From: Alphaproteobacteria bacterium
GTDB taxonomy: Bacteria; Pseudomonadota; Alphaproteobacteria; SP197
NCBI GenBank assembly: GCA_965213815.1
Contig: OZ243917.1
Coordinates: 3,609,150 to 3,673,149, forward strand
DNA length: 64,000 nucleotides
Direction of reading: 5' to 3'
Part shown: positions 49,754-58,690 of the stretch, in pieces
Layout: every line of letters starts with the position of its first letter
Position numbering within the stretch: the stretch's first letter is position 1
Notes under the pieces: generated by a model
What the model saw: the letters and a program-made list of their open reading frames with translations, nothing else
The model's database searches: none
What the model was told of the DNA's origin: nothing
Made by a program: the position numbers and the translations under genes

Positions 49754-51335
49754 GGCCGAGACCCTCGATGACAACGAAGATGGCAAGACAGACCAGCACA
49801 AGAAGCAGAGCGATTACGGCGGCCTCATCCATGCGGTAACTGCCCAGCGCCCGGTAGAGAAGCAGGGCAAGGGTTGCCTCGCGTTCGGTTCCAAACAGCG
49901 CGATGGCCGTGAGATCGCCTGCGGCCAGCGCCGTCGCCAGGGCCAGCGCCGTCGCCAGTGGCCGCAGCACCATTGGTCCCTCGAGCCAGACAATACGGCG
50001 GATTCCCGCAAGACCGAGGCTGGCGCACAGCCGGTCATGGTGGGCCGCGGTCCGGCGCAGGACCGGAGAGACGAGCCGCAGCACATAGGGGATGGAGACC
50101 AGTCCATTGACCAGGGCAGCAAGCGGCAGGGCCCAGTCGAACACCCGGACATGCCCGAGAAGGAGAACGAAGAGGCCGGCGCCCAGCACCACCGGCGACA
50201 CGATGAGAGTCTGGCTGCCGGCGATCTCGAGGACATCGGCCAGGCGGCGACGGTGGCGGCGCATCGCCAGGTCGCAGCTGGTGGCAGCGAGAAGGAGGCC
50301 GACAGTGACGGCAACGAAACCGGCGCCAAGACCCACCAGCACACTGCGCAGCGCCGCAAGCCAGACATCCTGACGTCCCAGAACGTCCGCCAGGGGTCCG
50401 CTGAGGCCGGAAACTGCGACTCCAGCCAGCGGCGCGCCGACCCAGAAAATGCCGGCGGCGATCACAAGGGCATCGCCGATGCGGCCAGGAAGACCATGGG
50501 AATCGGGACGCCTCGTTATCCTGCCTGCGCTCGCCTCACTCAGGGAAAAGCGGGCGAAGCGAAAGAGGATGATGGCGACACTACCGCAGATCACCACCTG
50601 GAGCAGGGCGAGGAAGACCGCGCGGACAATGTCGAAATCCAGCCTCAGCGCCTGGTAGATCGCCACTTCAAGCGTGGCTGCCTCGGGACCGCCGCCCAGC
50701 GCCAGCACCACGGTGAAGCTGGAGAACGTGAGGAGAAAGACGAGCATGGCGATGCCAGGCAGAACCTCCGCAAGGCGGGGCCACTCGATGAGCCGGAAGA
50801 TCGGCCAGGAGGTCATGCCGAGCTGCGCTGCCAGTCTCCATGTCTCCCCTGGAATGGATTCCCAGGCCGGTAGCAACAGGCGCACGGCAAGCGGTATGTT
50901 GAAGAAGGTATGGGCAATGAGAATGCCCTCGAGGCCGTAGATCGGGCCGGGCCCCTCCAATGCGATGGTTCCCAGCGCGGCGTTGATGGCGCCGTTCTGT
51001 CCCCATACGGACACCACCCCGAACACGGCAACGATGGCCGGCAGAACCAGGGGGATGCCGAAGAGACGGATCACGATGCCGCGTCCCGGAAAGTCCGGCC
51101 GGCGGGCCAGAGCCCGGGCAAGGGGTACGGCGAACACAAGGGAGAGTACCGTGGAGAGTGTCGCCTGGATGATCGTGAAGGCGAGCACGTGGACTGCATA
51201 GCGATCCAGAAGACGTTCAGTTTCTCCTGCAGGCGCCGCATCAAGAAGCGCCACAAGCGCCAGCACCGCCAGACCCGGCGAGGCGACGAGCGCCGCCACG
51301 CCGGGCCACAGCAGGGGCCGCAGTCCGACCATCAT
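49734..51335 (-). CDS. thiP: thiamine ABC transporter permease
   Basis: FTIIQATLST, YGLEGILIAHTFFNIPL, duplicated permease; position in the operon. Confidence 0.88.
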   Translation of the reverse strand: MMVGLRPLLWPGVAALVASPGLAVLALVALLDAAPAGETERLLDRYAVHVLAFTIIQATLSTVLSLVFAVPLARALARRPDFPGRGIVIRLFGIPLVLPAIVAVFGVVSVWGQNGAINAALGTIALEGPGPIYGLEGILIAHTFFNIPLAVRLLLPAWESIPGETWRLAAQLGMTSWPIFRLIEWPRLAEVLPGIAMLVFLLTFSSFTVVLALGGGPEAATLEVAIYQALRLDFDIVRAVFLALLQVVICGSVAIILFRFARFSLSEASAGRITRRPDSHGLPGRIGDALVIAAGIFWVGAPLAGVAVSGLSGPLADVLGRQDVWLAALRSVLVGLGAGFVAVTVGLLLAATSCDLAMRRHRRRLADVLEIAGSQTLIVSPVVLGAGLFVLLLGHVRVFDWALPLAALVNGLVSIPYVLRLVSPVLRRTAAHHDRLCASLGLAGIRRIVWLEGPMVLRPLATALALATALAAGDLTAIALFGTEREATLALLLYRALGSYRMDEAAVIALLLVLVCLAIFVVIEGLGRVAARA

Positions 51336-52327
51336 TCTCCGATGGCCGCCTCCAGCCATTCATCGATCCATTGCCTGCGCATGGCGCCGGCCTCTTCCGG
51401 CGGCAGCAGCAGTGACACGTCCGGCGCCGGAAGGCTGCGAAAGACGTCCGGAAGGTCGTCACCGAGATCGATCACCGGGTACATCCAGTTCCCGGTGGGG
51501 ATGGCTCCCTGGAACTCCGGCGTGGCGATGAAGCGCAGAAAATCACGGGCGAGATCTTCCTGGTCCGTACCCTCGACCATGGCCGCCACCTCGATCTGCA
51601 TGTAGTGACCTTCCTCGAACATGGCGGCACGGTATCGCGTCTCGCCCTCGACGAGCTGGTGATAGGCAGGAGAGGTGGTGTAGCTCAGCACCATTGGTGC
51701 CTCGCCCTCCAGGAACAGCCCGTAGGCCTCGCTCCAGCCTGCAGTCACCGTGAGAACACGCGATGACAGTGTGCGCCAGGCATCGGCCGCGGAATCACCG
51801 TAGACCGCCTTCATCCACAGCATGAGACCCAGCCCCGGGGTGCTGGTGCGCGGATCCTGGATGATGAGATCGGCACCGTTGCCGCCCGACACCAGCTCAT
51901 CGAGTGACGCCGGTGGCCGGGGCAGCGCCTGGTCGTCGTAGATCACGGCGAAGTACCCGTAGTCGAAGGGCACAAAGACGGGATCATTCCATGAAACGGG
52001 GAGATCAAACTCGAGACCGGCAAGGCCGTGCTCGCGGACAAGTCCGTGATCGAGGGTTTCGGCCATCAGGTTGGTGTCGAGTCCCAGCACCACATCCGCG
52101 TCACCGCCAGAGTCCTCGAGACGCAATCGCGACAGCAGGATTGCGGCATCGTCAACCGCGGTCCAGCGGATGGTGCAGTCACAGCGGGCCTCGAAGGCCT
52201 CCTCGATCTGCGGTCCCGGGCCCCATTCACTGACAAAGGATTCGTAAGTGTAGACATCAAGCGTGTCGGCGTGCGCTGGCAGAATGGCCAGCAGGGCGGC
52301 CGACATAAAGGCCAGAATCCTTGGCAT
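51332..52327 (-). CDS. thiB: thiamine ABC transporter substrate-binding protein
   Basis: YTYESFVSEWGPGP, DPRTSTPGLG, SYTTSPAYH, NWMYP. Confidence 0.93.
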   Translation of the reverse strand: MPRILAFMSAALLAILPAHADTLDVYTYESFVSEWGPGPQIEEAFEARCDCTIRWTAVDDAAILLSRLRLEDSGGDADVVLGLDTNLMAETLDHGLVREHGLAGLEFDLPVSWNDPVFVPFDYGYFAVIYDDQALPRPPASLDELVSGGNGADLIIQDPRTSTPGLGLMLWMKAVYGDSAADAWRTLSSRVLTVTAGWSEAYGLFLEGEAPMVLSYTTSPAYHQLVEGETRYRAAMFEEGHYMQIEVAAMVEGTDQEDLARDFLRFIATPEFQGAIPTGNWMYPVIDLGDDLPDVFRSLPAPDVSLLLPPEEAGAMRRQWIDEWLEAAIGE

Positions 52328-52386
52328 GGTTCCTCCTTCGGCGCCGGCGCCGGGGAGGGGGTCTTTCGGTGAGAAAAGACTGTCGC

Positions 52387-52476
52387 CTCAATCCCTACGC
52401 CGGCATGATCCGGATCAGGTTCAACGGGTCGATGCCGTCCGACATCTCTCAGCTCCCAAGGAGCTCCCCGTGAGTG
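52387..52476 (-). ncRNA. TPP riboswitch
   Basis: Minus strand GGGGAGC..GCTGAGA..GACCCGTTGAACCTGATCCGGATCATGCCGGCGTAGGGA, upstream of thiB. Confidence 0.95.
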
Positions 52477-52522
52477 ACTGGAACCAGCCTAGATCATGAA
52501 GTCACAGGCCGCAAGACATGGA

Positions 52523-52744
52523 TCAGCGGCGGCGGATTTCGAACGTGTAGACGCCGGCATCCATTGACGTGGCGACCAGTGCATGGCCAGTGGTATCGGC
52601 AAAGGCCCTGAAGTCCCTGGGCGAACCGGGGTCCGTGGCATGAACGACGAGAACATCCCCGCTCACCATGTCCTTGAGGCGCTTGCGCGCCTTGAGCACG
52701 GGCAGGGGGCAGGCAAGCCCCCGCGCATCAAGTTGCTGCTTCAT
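52523..52744 (-). CDS. tusA: sulfurtransferase TusA family
   Basis: LDARGLACPLP, ATDPGS; start re-set to 52744. Confidence 0.88.
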   Translation of the reverse strand: MKQQLDARGLACPLPVLKARKRLKDMVSGDVLVVHATDPGSPRDFRAFADTTGHALVATSMDAGVYTFEIRRR

Positions 52745-52917
52745 GACGCCAACGATAGTCCCGCTTCTCCAGACCCGCCACCCGTCCGTTGCTTCTCCCG
52801 ACAACAGCGGCGTGATAGGGATCGGACCAGTGCCAACTCCAGGACCAGACATGATCGATACTCGTCATGTTCCCGGTGACTCCCGTCACGCGGGACTCCG
52901 CGACGCCTCATCGCCCG

Positions 52918-53322
52918 ATGACCGCTGATCGCCCCGCCGCCCGACGGCTGCCGGACGCCGCCGACACGCTCGCTCCCGACGGTGCGGAAGTCCGCATCCT
53001 CTGCTCCCTCACCGGCGGCAGTGCCGCGCACTTTCGTCTGGCGCCGGGTGCGGTATCGCGCGCCGGGCGCCATCGGAGCGTGGAGGAAATCTGGTACATC
53101 CTCGATGGTCGCGGCGAGATGTGGCGCTGCATGGGCGCCAACGAGGATGTTGTCACGCTGACACCCGGTCTCTGTCTGACCATCCCGCTCGGCACATCCT
53201 TTCAGTTCCGCTCCGACCCCGGAACAACGCTCTCGGCCTTCGCGGTGACCATGCCTCCATGGCCCGAGGACTCGAACGACGAGTGGACCGAAGTCGCACC
53301 GCACTGGCCGGTCCGCCTGTGA
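52918..53322 (+). CDS. cupin domain protein
   Basis: APDGAEVR, HRSVEEIWY, FQFR, TMPPWP. Confidence 0.8.
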   Translation: MTADRPAARRLPDAADTLAPDGAEVRILCSLTGGSAAHFRLAPGAVSRAGRHRSVEEIWYILDGRGEMWRCMGANEDVVTLTPGLCLTIPLGTSFQFRSDPGTTLSAFAVTMPPWPEDSNDEWTEVAPHWPVRL

Positions 53323-53443
53323 ACGACACGACGCCCGCCTCTTCGGCACACTGATCAAAACCACCGTCGCAGAACAGATCGTGTGAATCGGCACCGGACC
53401 CGGCCTTCAGACTCCTGTGCCGCCGCCTGTCCGGTTCTTGCGA

Positions 53444-53516
53444 AAAGGCAATCGGGAGATGACGCCATGCCATCTCCCGATCACGTGAAGCAGGGGGCGG
53501 CGACTCACCGCCCCTT
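53444..53516. terminator. two tandem hairpins between convergent genes
   Basis: ATCGGGAGATG-N9-CATCTCCCGAT (perfect 11 bp) and GGGGCGG-N7-CCGCCCC. Confidence 0.55.
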
Positions 53517-53535
53517 GACATTGGTGACAAGCCCG

Positions 53536-53769
53536 TCAGTCGAGCATGGCGTCGTGGCGCCCTCGATGATCGAGTGCCTTGTCCAGACCGACGGCCTTGT
53601 AATGACTGACCGCGGCATCGTACTCGGCAGTCTCCGAACGGATCTGCCAGACGTGCCAGATCACCCAGATGGCAACGCCAACCAGGACGAGGAGCCATTC
53701 AATTCCCGGGAAGGGATAGATGGCGCCCAGAGACGCAACATCGGACCAGCTTTCAACATTGGTAGACAT
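53536..53769 (-). CDS. small single-TM protein downstream of the Amt gene
   Basis: 77 aa, GAIYPFPG followed by a TM helix ending WHVWQ; AGGAG RBS. Confidence 0.75.
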   Translation of the reverse strand: MSTNVESWSDVASLGAIYPFPGIEWLLVLVGVAIWVIWHVWQIRSETAEYDAAVSHYKAVGLDKALDHRGRHDAMLD

Positions 53770-53796
53770 GATTTCCTGTCTCCTTTCCGGGACCGC

Positions 53797-55245
53797 TCAG
53801 CTCTTCGCGAGATCGCGGTCGATGTCCTCCATCGCGGTGTCCCGATAGGCGTGGTACGGGAAGGCATCCCCGTAGTCATGGGTATCGAGACCGGCAAGTT
53901 CGACTTCGCGCGGTACACGCAGCCATCCAACGCCATCGAGAACCTTGGCCAGCACCCAGCAGGGCAGGAAGCCAAGACCCCAGAACATCAGCATGGCGCC
54001 GAGGAACTGACCGAGCGGGTTGATGGATGCCACACCGTCGGTGTTGCCGAACCATCCTGTCGCTTCATAGGCGACGTTGGAGGGATAACCCCAGAGCATG
54101 AAGCCCGCGATCACTGTTCCGGCGAAACCGGCGTAACCGTGCACGGCAACGGCGCCCACCGCATCGTCGATCTTGAACTTTCTCTCCACCCAGTGGTGCA
54201 TCTTGTAGGCGATCCACACACCGACCATGGCGATGATCATCGACTCGATCGGATGATAGAGATCATTGCCTGCGGACGCACAGATGACTCCTGCAAGACC
54301 GCCCGAATAACTCCAGAAGGGCTGGCCCCTCGAGACCAGATAGCCCGCCAGGAGGCCGCCCGAGAGCGACATCAGGAAGTTGAAGGTAATGGCGGAAAGC
54401 GATGTCGGTGTCAGGTAAATGTTCGTTGCCGTGAAGAAGGGTTCTCCGTCGGCTCCCATGACATCATTGGTGAAGTCGATGATGGGAATGTTGCACGCGG
54501 CATAGAACCCCCAGAACCCGGTGTAGATCAGGAACAGCCCGACCGTGACAAGCCAGGGGTTGTTCTGGGGAATGTCGCGAGGTGTGCCATCGGCCGCGAA
54601 CTTGCCGAGTCTCGGACCCAGCACGACCAGGATGCCCAGCGCCGAGCCACCGGCAATGCCGTGCACCACCGAGGATGCGTAGGCATCGTGATAACCCCAC
54701 AACTGCACCATCCAGCCATTCCAGCTCCAGCCCCAGGCAGCATCGATGATCCACGTCACCGAACCGACGAGAACGACCGCGAGCAGGAACGCCTGGGTCT
54801 TGATGCGTTCAATGACGGCGCCGGAGACAATGGACGCGGTGGTCCACGAGAACAGCAGGAACGCTGCCCAGAAGACCCCGTTGATGCGGGCCCAGAACAT
54901 GGTGTCGTCCGCCGTCAGACTCGAGGCCTGGACAGTGACCGATCCACCCATATGGGTGCCCATGACTTCGGACCACGGCACGGCGAAGGGCGCATCGAGG
55001 AGTCCGCCCATCAGCGGGAAGTGGGGGAAGGCGAAATAGATCCACCATCCAAAATAGAAGAACGTGATGGTGACCAGCGGGATCAGCATCGTGTTCTTCA
55101 TGAGCGTGTGTTGCAGATTCTTGCGCCGCGAAGCGCCAACCTCATAGACACAGAATCCCACATGGATCAGGAACATGATGACGACCGTGACCCAGTAGTA
55201 GAATTCCGTGAAGATGACCGTAAGCGACGCCAGTTGATCAGACAT
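53797..55245 (-). CDS. Amt-family channel, putative (methyl)ammonium transporter
   Basis: IVSGAVIER, VVHGIAG, LGPR, DDAVGAVAVHG. Confidence 0.88.
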   Translation of the reverse strand: MSDQLASLTVIFTEFYYWVTVVIMFLIHVGFCVYEVGASRRKNLQHTLMKNTMLIPLVTITFFYFGWWIYFAFPHFPLMGGLLDAPFAVPWSEVMGTHMGGSVTVQASSLTADDTMFWARINGVFWAAFLLFSWTTASIVSGAVIERIKTQAFLLAVVLVGSVTWIIDAAWGWSWNGWMVQLWGYHDAYASSVVHGIAGGSALGILVVLGPRLGKFAADGTPRDIPQNNPWLVTVGLFLIYTGFWGFYAACNIPIIDFTNDVMGADGEPFFTATNIYLTPTSLSAITFNFLMSLSGGLLAGYLVSRGQPFWSYSGGLAGVICASAGNDLYHPIESMIIAMVGVWIAYKMHHWVERKFKIDDAVGAVAVHGYAGFAGTVIAGFMLWGYPSNVAYEATGWFGNTDGVASINPLGQFLGAMLMFWGLGFLPCWVLAKVLDGVGWLRVPREVELAGLDTHDYGDAFPYHAYRDTAMEDIDRDLAKS

Positions 55246-55386
55246 CTCTCAGGAGCCTCCAAGAAGTGATCGCCAAGGGCGCAAAGTCCCTTGCATCAGG
55301 TCCCGGGGAGTGTAGGACAATAGTTGATGACCGCAAAGCCGGCACCCGACCGGATGGCATGTCCCATGAACCGACCGACGACAACA

Positions 55387-55899
55387 ATGCCGGGCAAGGC
55401 GACACCGGGCGATCTTGTCGCCAGGCTTGGCGAGCTCGGCATCGCGTGCACGATCCACGCACATCAACCTGTGCACACCGTGGCCGACAATCGCGCGTTG
55501 CGCGGCAGTCTCCCGGGAATTCACTGCAAGACACTGTTTTTCAAGGACAAGAAGGCACAACTGTGGCTCGTCGTGGTCGAGGAATCACGCCAACTCGACC
55601 TCAAGGCCCTTGCCGGACTCATCGGCTCGGCACGCCTGAGTTTCGCTCGCCCGGAAAGGGTGCGTGACATTCTCGGTGTCGAGCCGGGGGCTGTGACGCC
55701 CCTTGCCCTGATCAACGATACCGGTGAGAACATCGGCGTCTTCATCGACCGGGCCATCATGGAATCGGATCTCGTCAACCTGCATCCACTCGTCAACAAC
55801 CAGACGACGGCGCTCCATCCACGCGATCTGCTGCGCTTCATCGAGGCGTGCGGATACGCCCCCGGGATCATCGACATGACCCCCGCCACAAGAACCTGA
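55387..55899 (+). CDS. YbaK/ProX-type aminoacyl-tRNA editing protein
   Basis: HCKTLFFKDKK, LGVEPGAVTP, HPLVN. Confidence 0.85.
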   Translation: MPGKATPGDLVARLGELGIACTIHAHQPVHTVADNRALRGSLPGIHCKTLFFKDKKAQLWLVVVEESRQLDLKALAGLIGSARLSFARPERVRDILGVEPGAVTPLALINDTGENIGVFIDRAIMESDLVNLHPLVNNQTTALHPRDLLRFIEACGYAPGIIDMTPATRT

Positions 55900-56173
55900 C
55901 AGTGAGCTGCAGGACATCAAGAACCTTGTCCTGAGTGGCGCAGTGGTGGGATTGGGGACAACCTGCATTCGGCGATACCCTGAGGCCAGGTCCAGGCCGC
56001 CCAATGATTGACCCGGTGCCATCGGTTCACTGACGGGCTTCCCTGATTCGGATTGTTGCGACGTTGCTGTCCCTGCCGGGCTGGCGGGTCGGTCATGCCC
56101 GCAGGCGTGCTGAGCGTCGCGCTGCAGTCCCTTTGAGGCCACCTGGAATACAGGCAGAACGTTGTTTGATGCG

Positions 56174-58690
56174 TCAGTATGTGTGCCCGGCGAGAACCAG
56201 TCCGGTGGCATCGGCGGTGGCGAGTGTGAGGGCGCGCAGGTCTTCGGGTTCCAGGTTGTGGAGATTGGTCTTTCCGGTGCAACGGGCCATCATCGATGCC
56301 TCGCCCGCCGCGGACCTGAGGATGTTGGCAACCGCCCGGGAGCACTCGTCGGCAGTGATGTCGGGGGCGAACCGAACCCGGTGGGACTCATCGAACTCGG
56401 CGCCTGCCGCCAGGGCCACGGTCATGGAGAACACCAGCGACTTCGCACCCATGGCGATAAGCTTGGCGGCATCGGTTCCGGAACGCAGACCGCCGAACCA
56501 GAGGATGTCGACTTCCTCTTCCATGTTGAGTCGGCGCAGGCAGGCGATGGTGTCACGCATGAGCGTGAGATCGGGAGCGCCGGTGAGTTCCGGCCAGTCG
56601 CGCCCGGTGGCGGTGTTGCCGTTGACCAGCAGGACGTCGAGATCCTGATCGAGGGCGAAACCGATGGCATCCTCGAGAGCGCTTCCATGGGACACCGCAA
56701 CACCGAGGATCTGGTCCTCGCGGAACCGCCGGATTTTGGTTGGCGCCTCGAAGCGGGGACCGATGACATGAATGAGGCCCGCGGCGTCCTCCCGAGGCGG
56801 AATCTGTCCCTCCACCACGAGCTGTAACCACGGCACGTCGGGGGCGACCGGCTGCATGCCGATATAGCCCGCTGCGGCTTGCGCAATTCCCCGACCCACC
56901 CCTCGCTTGACATCTGCCGGCGCGTTGTCGAAGCCCGACACGAAGAAGGGCTGCGCCACGTCCATGCGCCCGGCCCCAAGATCCGTGGCCACCTTGCAGG
57001 CCTCGCGATAGGGGTCGATCACCAGTCTTGAGAGATTGGCCGGCAGAAACACGAGATCGTCGACTGTCGCCGGACGATCCCCGGGAAACGGATTGTCACG
57101 CGACCGCAGGCGCTTGGTCAGCATGCCGGCCTGACGCGGCGTGTCGTCGCGCTTCGTCCGCGCCATCAGGAAAATGTCCTCCCGGTTGGCAACGGAATAG
57201 TCGGCCGAGCCTGTCTCGGCGTCACAGCGATAGCATCGCGCCGCCTCGCTGCGCGCCTCCTCCCAGGTGTAGGTCGACTCGATTTCCGGGAACGCGACCG
57301 GATTGTCACCGACACCGTGGAACGGCGGATGGTGCAGGCCCAGAAGTTCCCACTTGAGATCCTGTGCCACCGGCACACGCCGTGTCCGCCACGGCGTACG
57401 ATAGGAAACAGGATCGTCGATGCCGTCGAGCCACGCCTTGATGTAGTAGGCCAGACGCTGGCCATGGCTCATGGCCATGACGATGGTGGACCCCCCGAAG
57501 GCGCCGTCGCCGGCGGCAAAGACCTGCGGGTCGTCGGTCCGCATGGTCTCCCAGTCGGTCCGCACGCGATCGCCGGACATGAGGCCCCGGGTGGCGGGAT
57601 CGTCGCAGTCGCCGTACTGGCCGACTGCGGCAATGACCATGCCACAGGTGATGTCGTGCTCGGATCCCTCGACCGTCACCGGTCGACGACGGCCATCTGC
57701 ATCCGGTTCACCAGCCCTGGTGTGGACACAGCGCAGTCTCAGGCAATCCGCGTTATCGGCAAGAACGGCCACCTGCTGCGTGTTGTAGGTGAACTCGATC
57801 CCTTCCTCGATGGCGCCCTCGAGCTCGATCTTGCGAGCCGGAATGTCTTCCGGACCGCGGCGATAGATGACCTTGACCTCGTCACATCCCGGCAGGCGCA
57901 GGGCGGCCCGGCAGGCATCCATGGCGACATCGCCTCCGCCAATGACAACGACGGTCGCCGGCATGGCCGGACGCTCTCCCGCATTGACCCGGCGCAGGAA
58001 CTCGACACCGTCGATGACCCGGTCATCATCCTCACCGGGAATCCCCATGGTCTTGCCCCACCATGAACCGATGGTGAGCCCTACCGCGGCGTGGCGTTCC
58101 TTGAGCCCGGCAAGCGTAATGTCCCGGCCCAGGGCCACGTTCGTGTGGATAGTGAGACCGGGACAGCGGGCCTTCAGCCTCTCCATGTCCTCGCGCAGGG
58201 TGCCCGCAGGCAGGCGAAACGCGGGAATGCCCCAGATCATCATGCCGCCCGGACGGTCCGTCATCTCATAGACGTCGACCCTGAATCCGGCCACGGCGAG
58301 GTCGTGGGCCGCCACCAGGCCGGCAGGCCCGGCTCCGACGATGCCGATACTCTCGTCACGAGTGACTGGCGCCGCCGGCGGCACCCATTCGGCTCCGAGC
58401 TTGTCCATGACAAATCGCTTGAGATTGCGGATCTGCAAAGGCCCGTCGCTTGCCGTACGCCGGCATGCCGGTTCACAGGGTGCATCGCAGACACGCCCGC
58501 AGATCGAACTGAACGGGTTGGTCGCCGTGATGGCCTCGAACGCCTCGGCAAACCTGCCTTCCCAGATATGGGCAATGTATGATGGGGCGTCCGTGCCGAC
58601 CGGACAGGCGATCTGGCAGGGAGCGGGCACGAAATGCCGGTCGGCGGTATCGTCCGCCAGCGACTCGGGCACAAGATTGGTGTCCGTCAT
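56174..58690 (-). CDS. GltD-like Fe-S flavoprotein fused to a degenerate glutamate-synthase FMN barrel
   Basis: PCQIACP, CGRVCDAPCEPAC, GAGPAG, GGGDVAMD, EAARCYRC, then DDLVFLPANLSR...FGGLRSGTDAAK...MARCTGK. Confidence 0.8.
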   Translation of the reverse strand: MTDTNLVPESLADDTADRHFVPAPCQIACPVGTDAPSYIAHIWEGRFAEAFEAITATNPFSSICGRVCDAPCEPACRRTASDGPLQIRNLKRFVMDKLGAEWVPPAAPVTRDESIGIVGAGPAGLVAAHDLAVAGFRVDVYEMTDRPGGMMIWGIPAFRLPAGTLREDMERLKARCPGLTIHTNVALGRDITLAGLKERHAAVGLTIGSWWGKTMGIPGEDDDRVIDGVEFLRRVNAGERPAMPATVVVIGGGDVAMDACRAALRLPGCDEVKVIYRRGPEDIPARKIELEGAIEEGIEFTYNTQQVAVLADNADCLRLRCVHTRAGEPDADGRRRPVTVEGSEHDITCGMVIAAVGQYGDCDDPATRGLMSGDRVRTDWETMRTDDPQVFAAGDGAFGGSTIVMAMSHGQRLAYYIKAWLDGIDDPVSYRTPWRTRRVPVAQDLKWELLGLHHPPFHGVGDNPVAFPEIESTYTWEEARSEAARCYRCDAETGSADYSVANREDIFLMARTKRDDTPRQAGMLTKRLRSRDNPFPGDRPATVDDLVFLPANLSRLVIDPYREACKVATDLGAGRMDVAQPFFVSGFDNAPADVKRGVGRGIAQAAAGYIGMQPVAPDVPWLQLVVEGQIPPREDAAGLIHVIGPRFEAPTKIRRFREDQILGVAVSHGSALEDAIGFALDQDLDVLLVNGNTATGRDWPELTGAPDLTLMRDTIACLRRLNMEEEVDILWFGGLRSGTDAAKLIAMGAKSLVFSMTVALAAGAEFDESHRVRFAPDITADECSRAVANILRSAAGEASMMARCTGKTNLHNLEPEDLRALTLATADATGLVLAGHTY

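Noticed and set aside
49924-49958. Direct repeat GCCAGCGCCGTCGCCAG x2
   Set aside because: It is a coding repeat (LATALALATALA) inside a thiP helix, not CRISPR or a mobile repeat.
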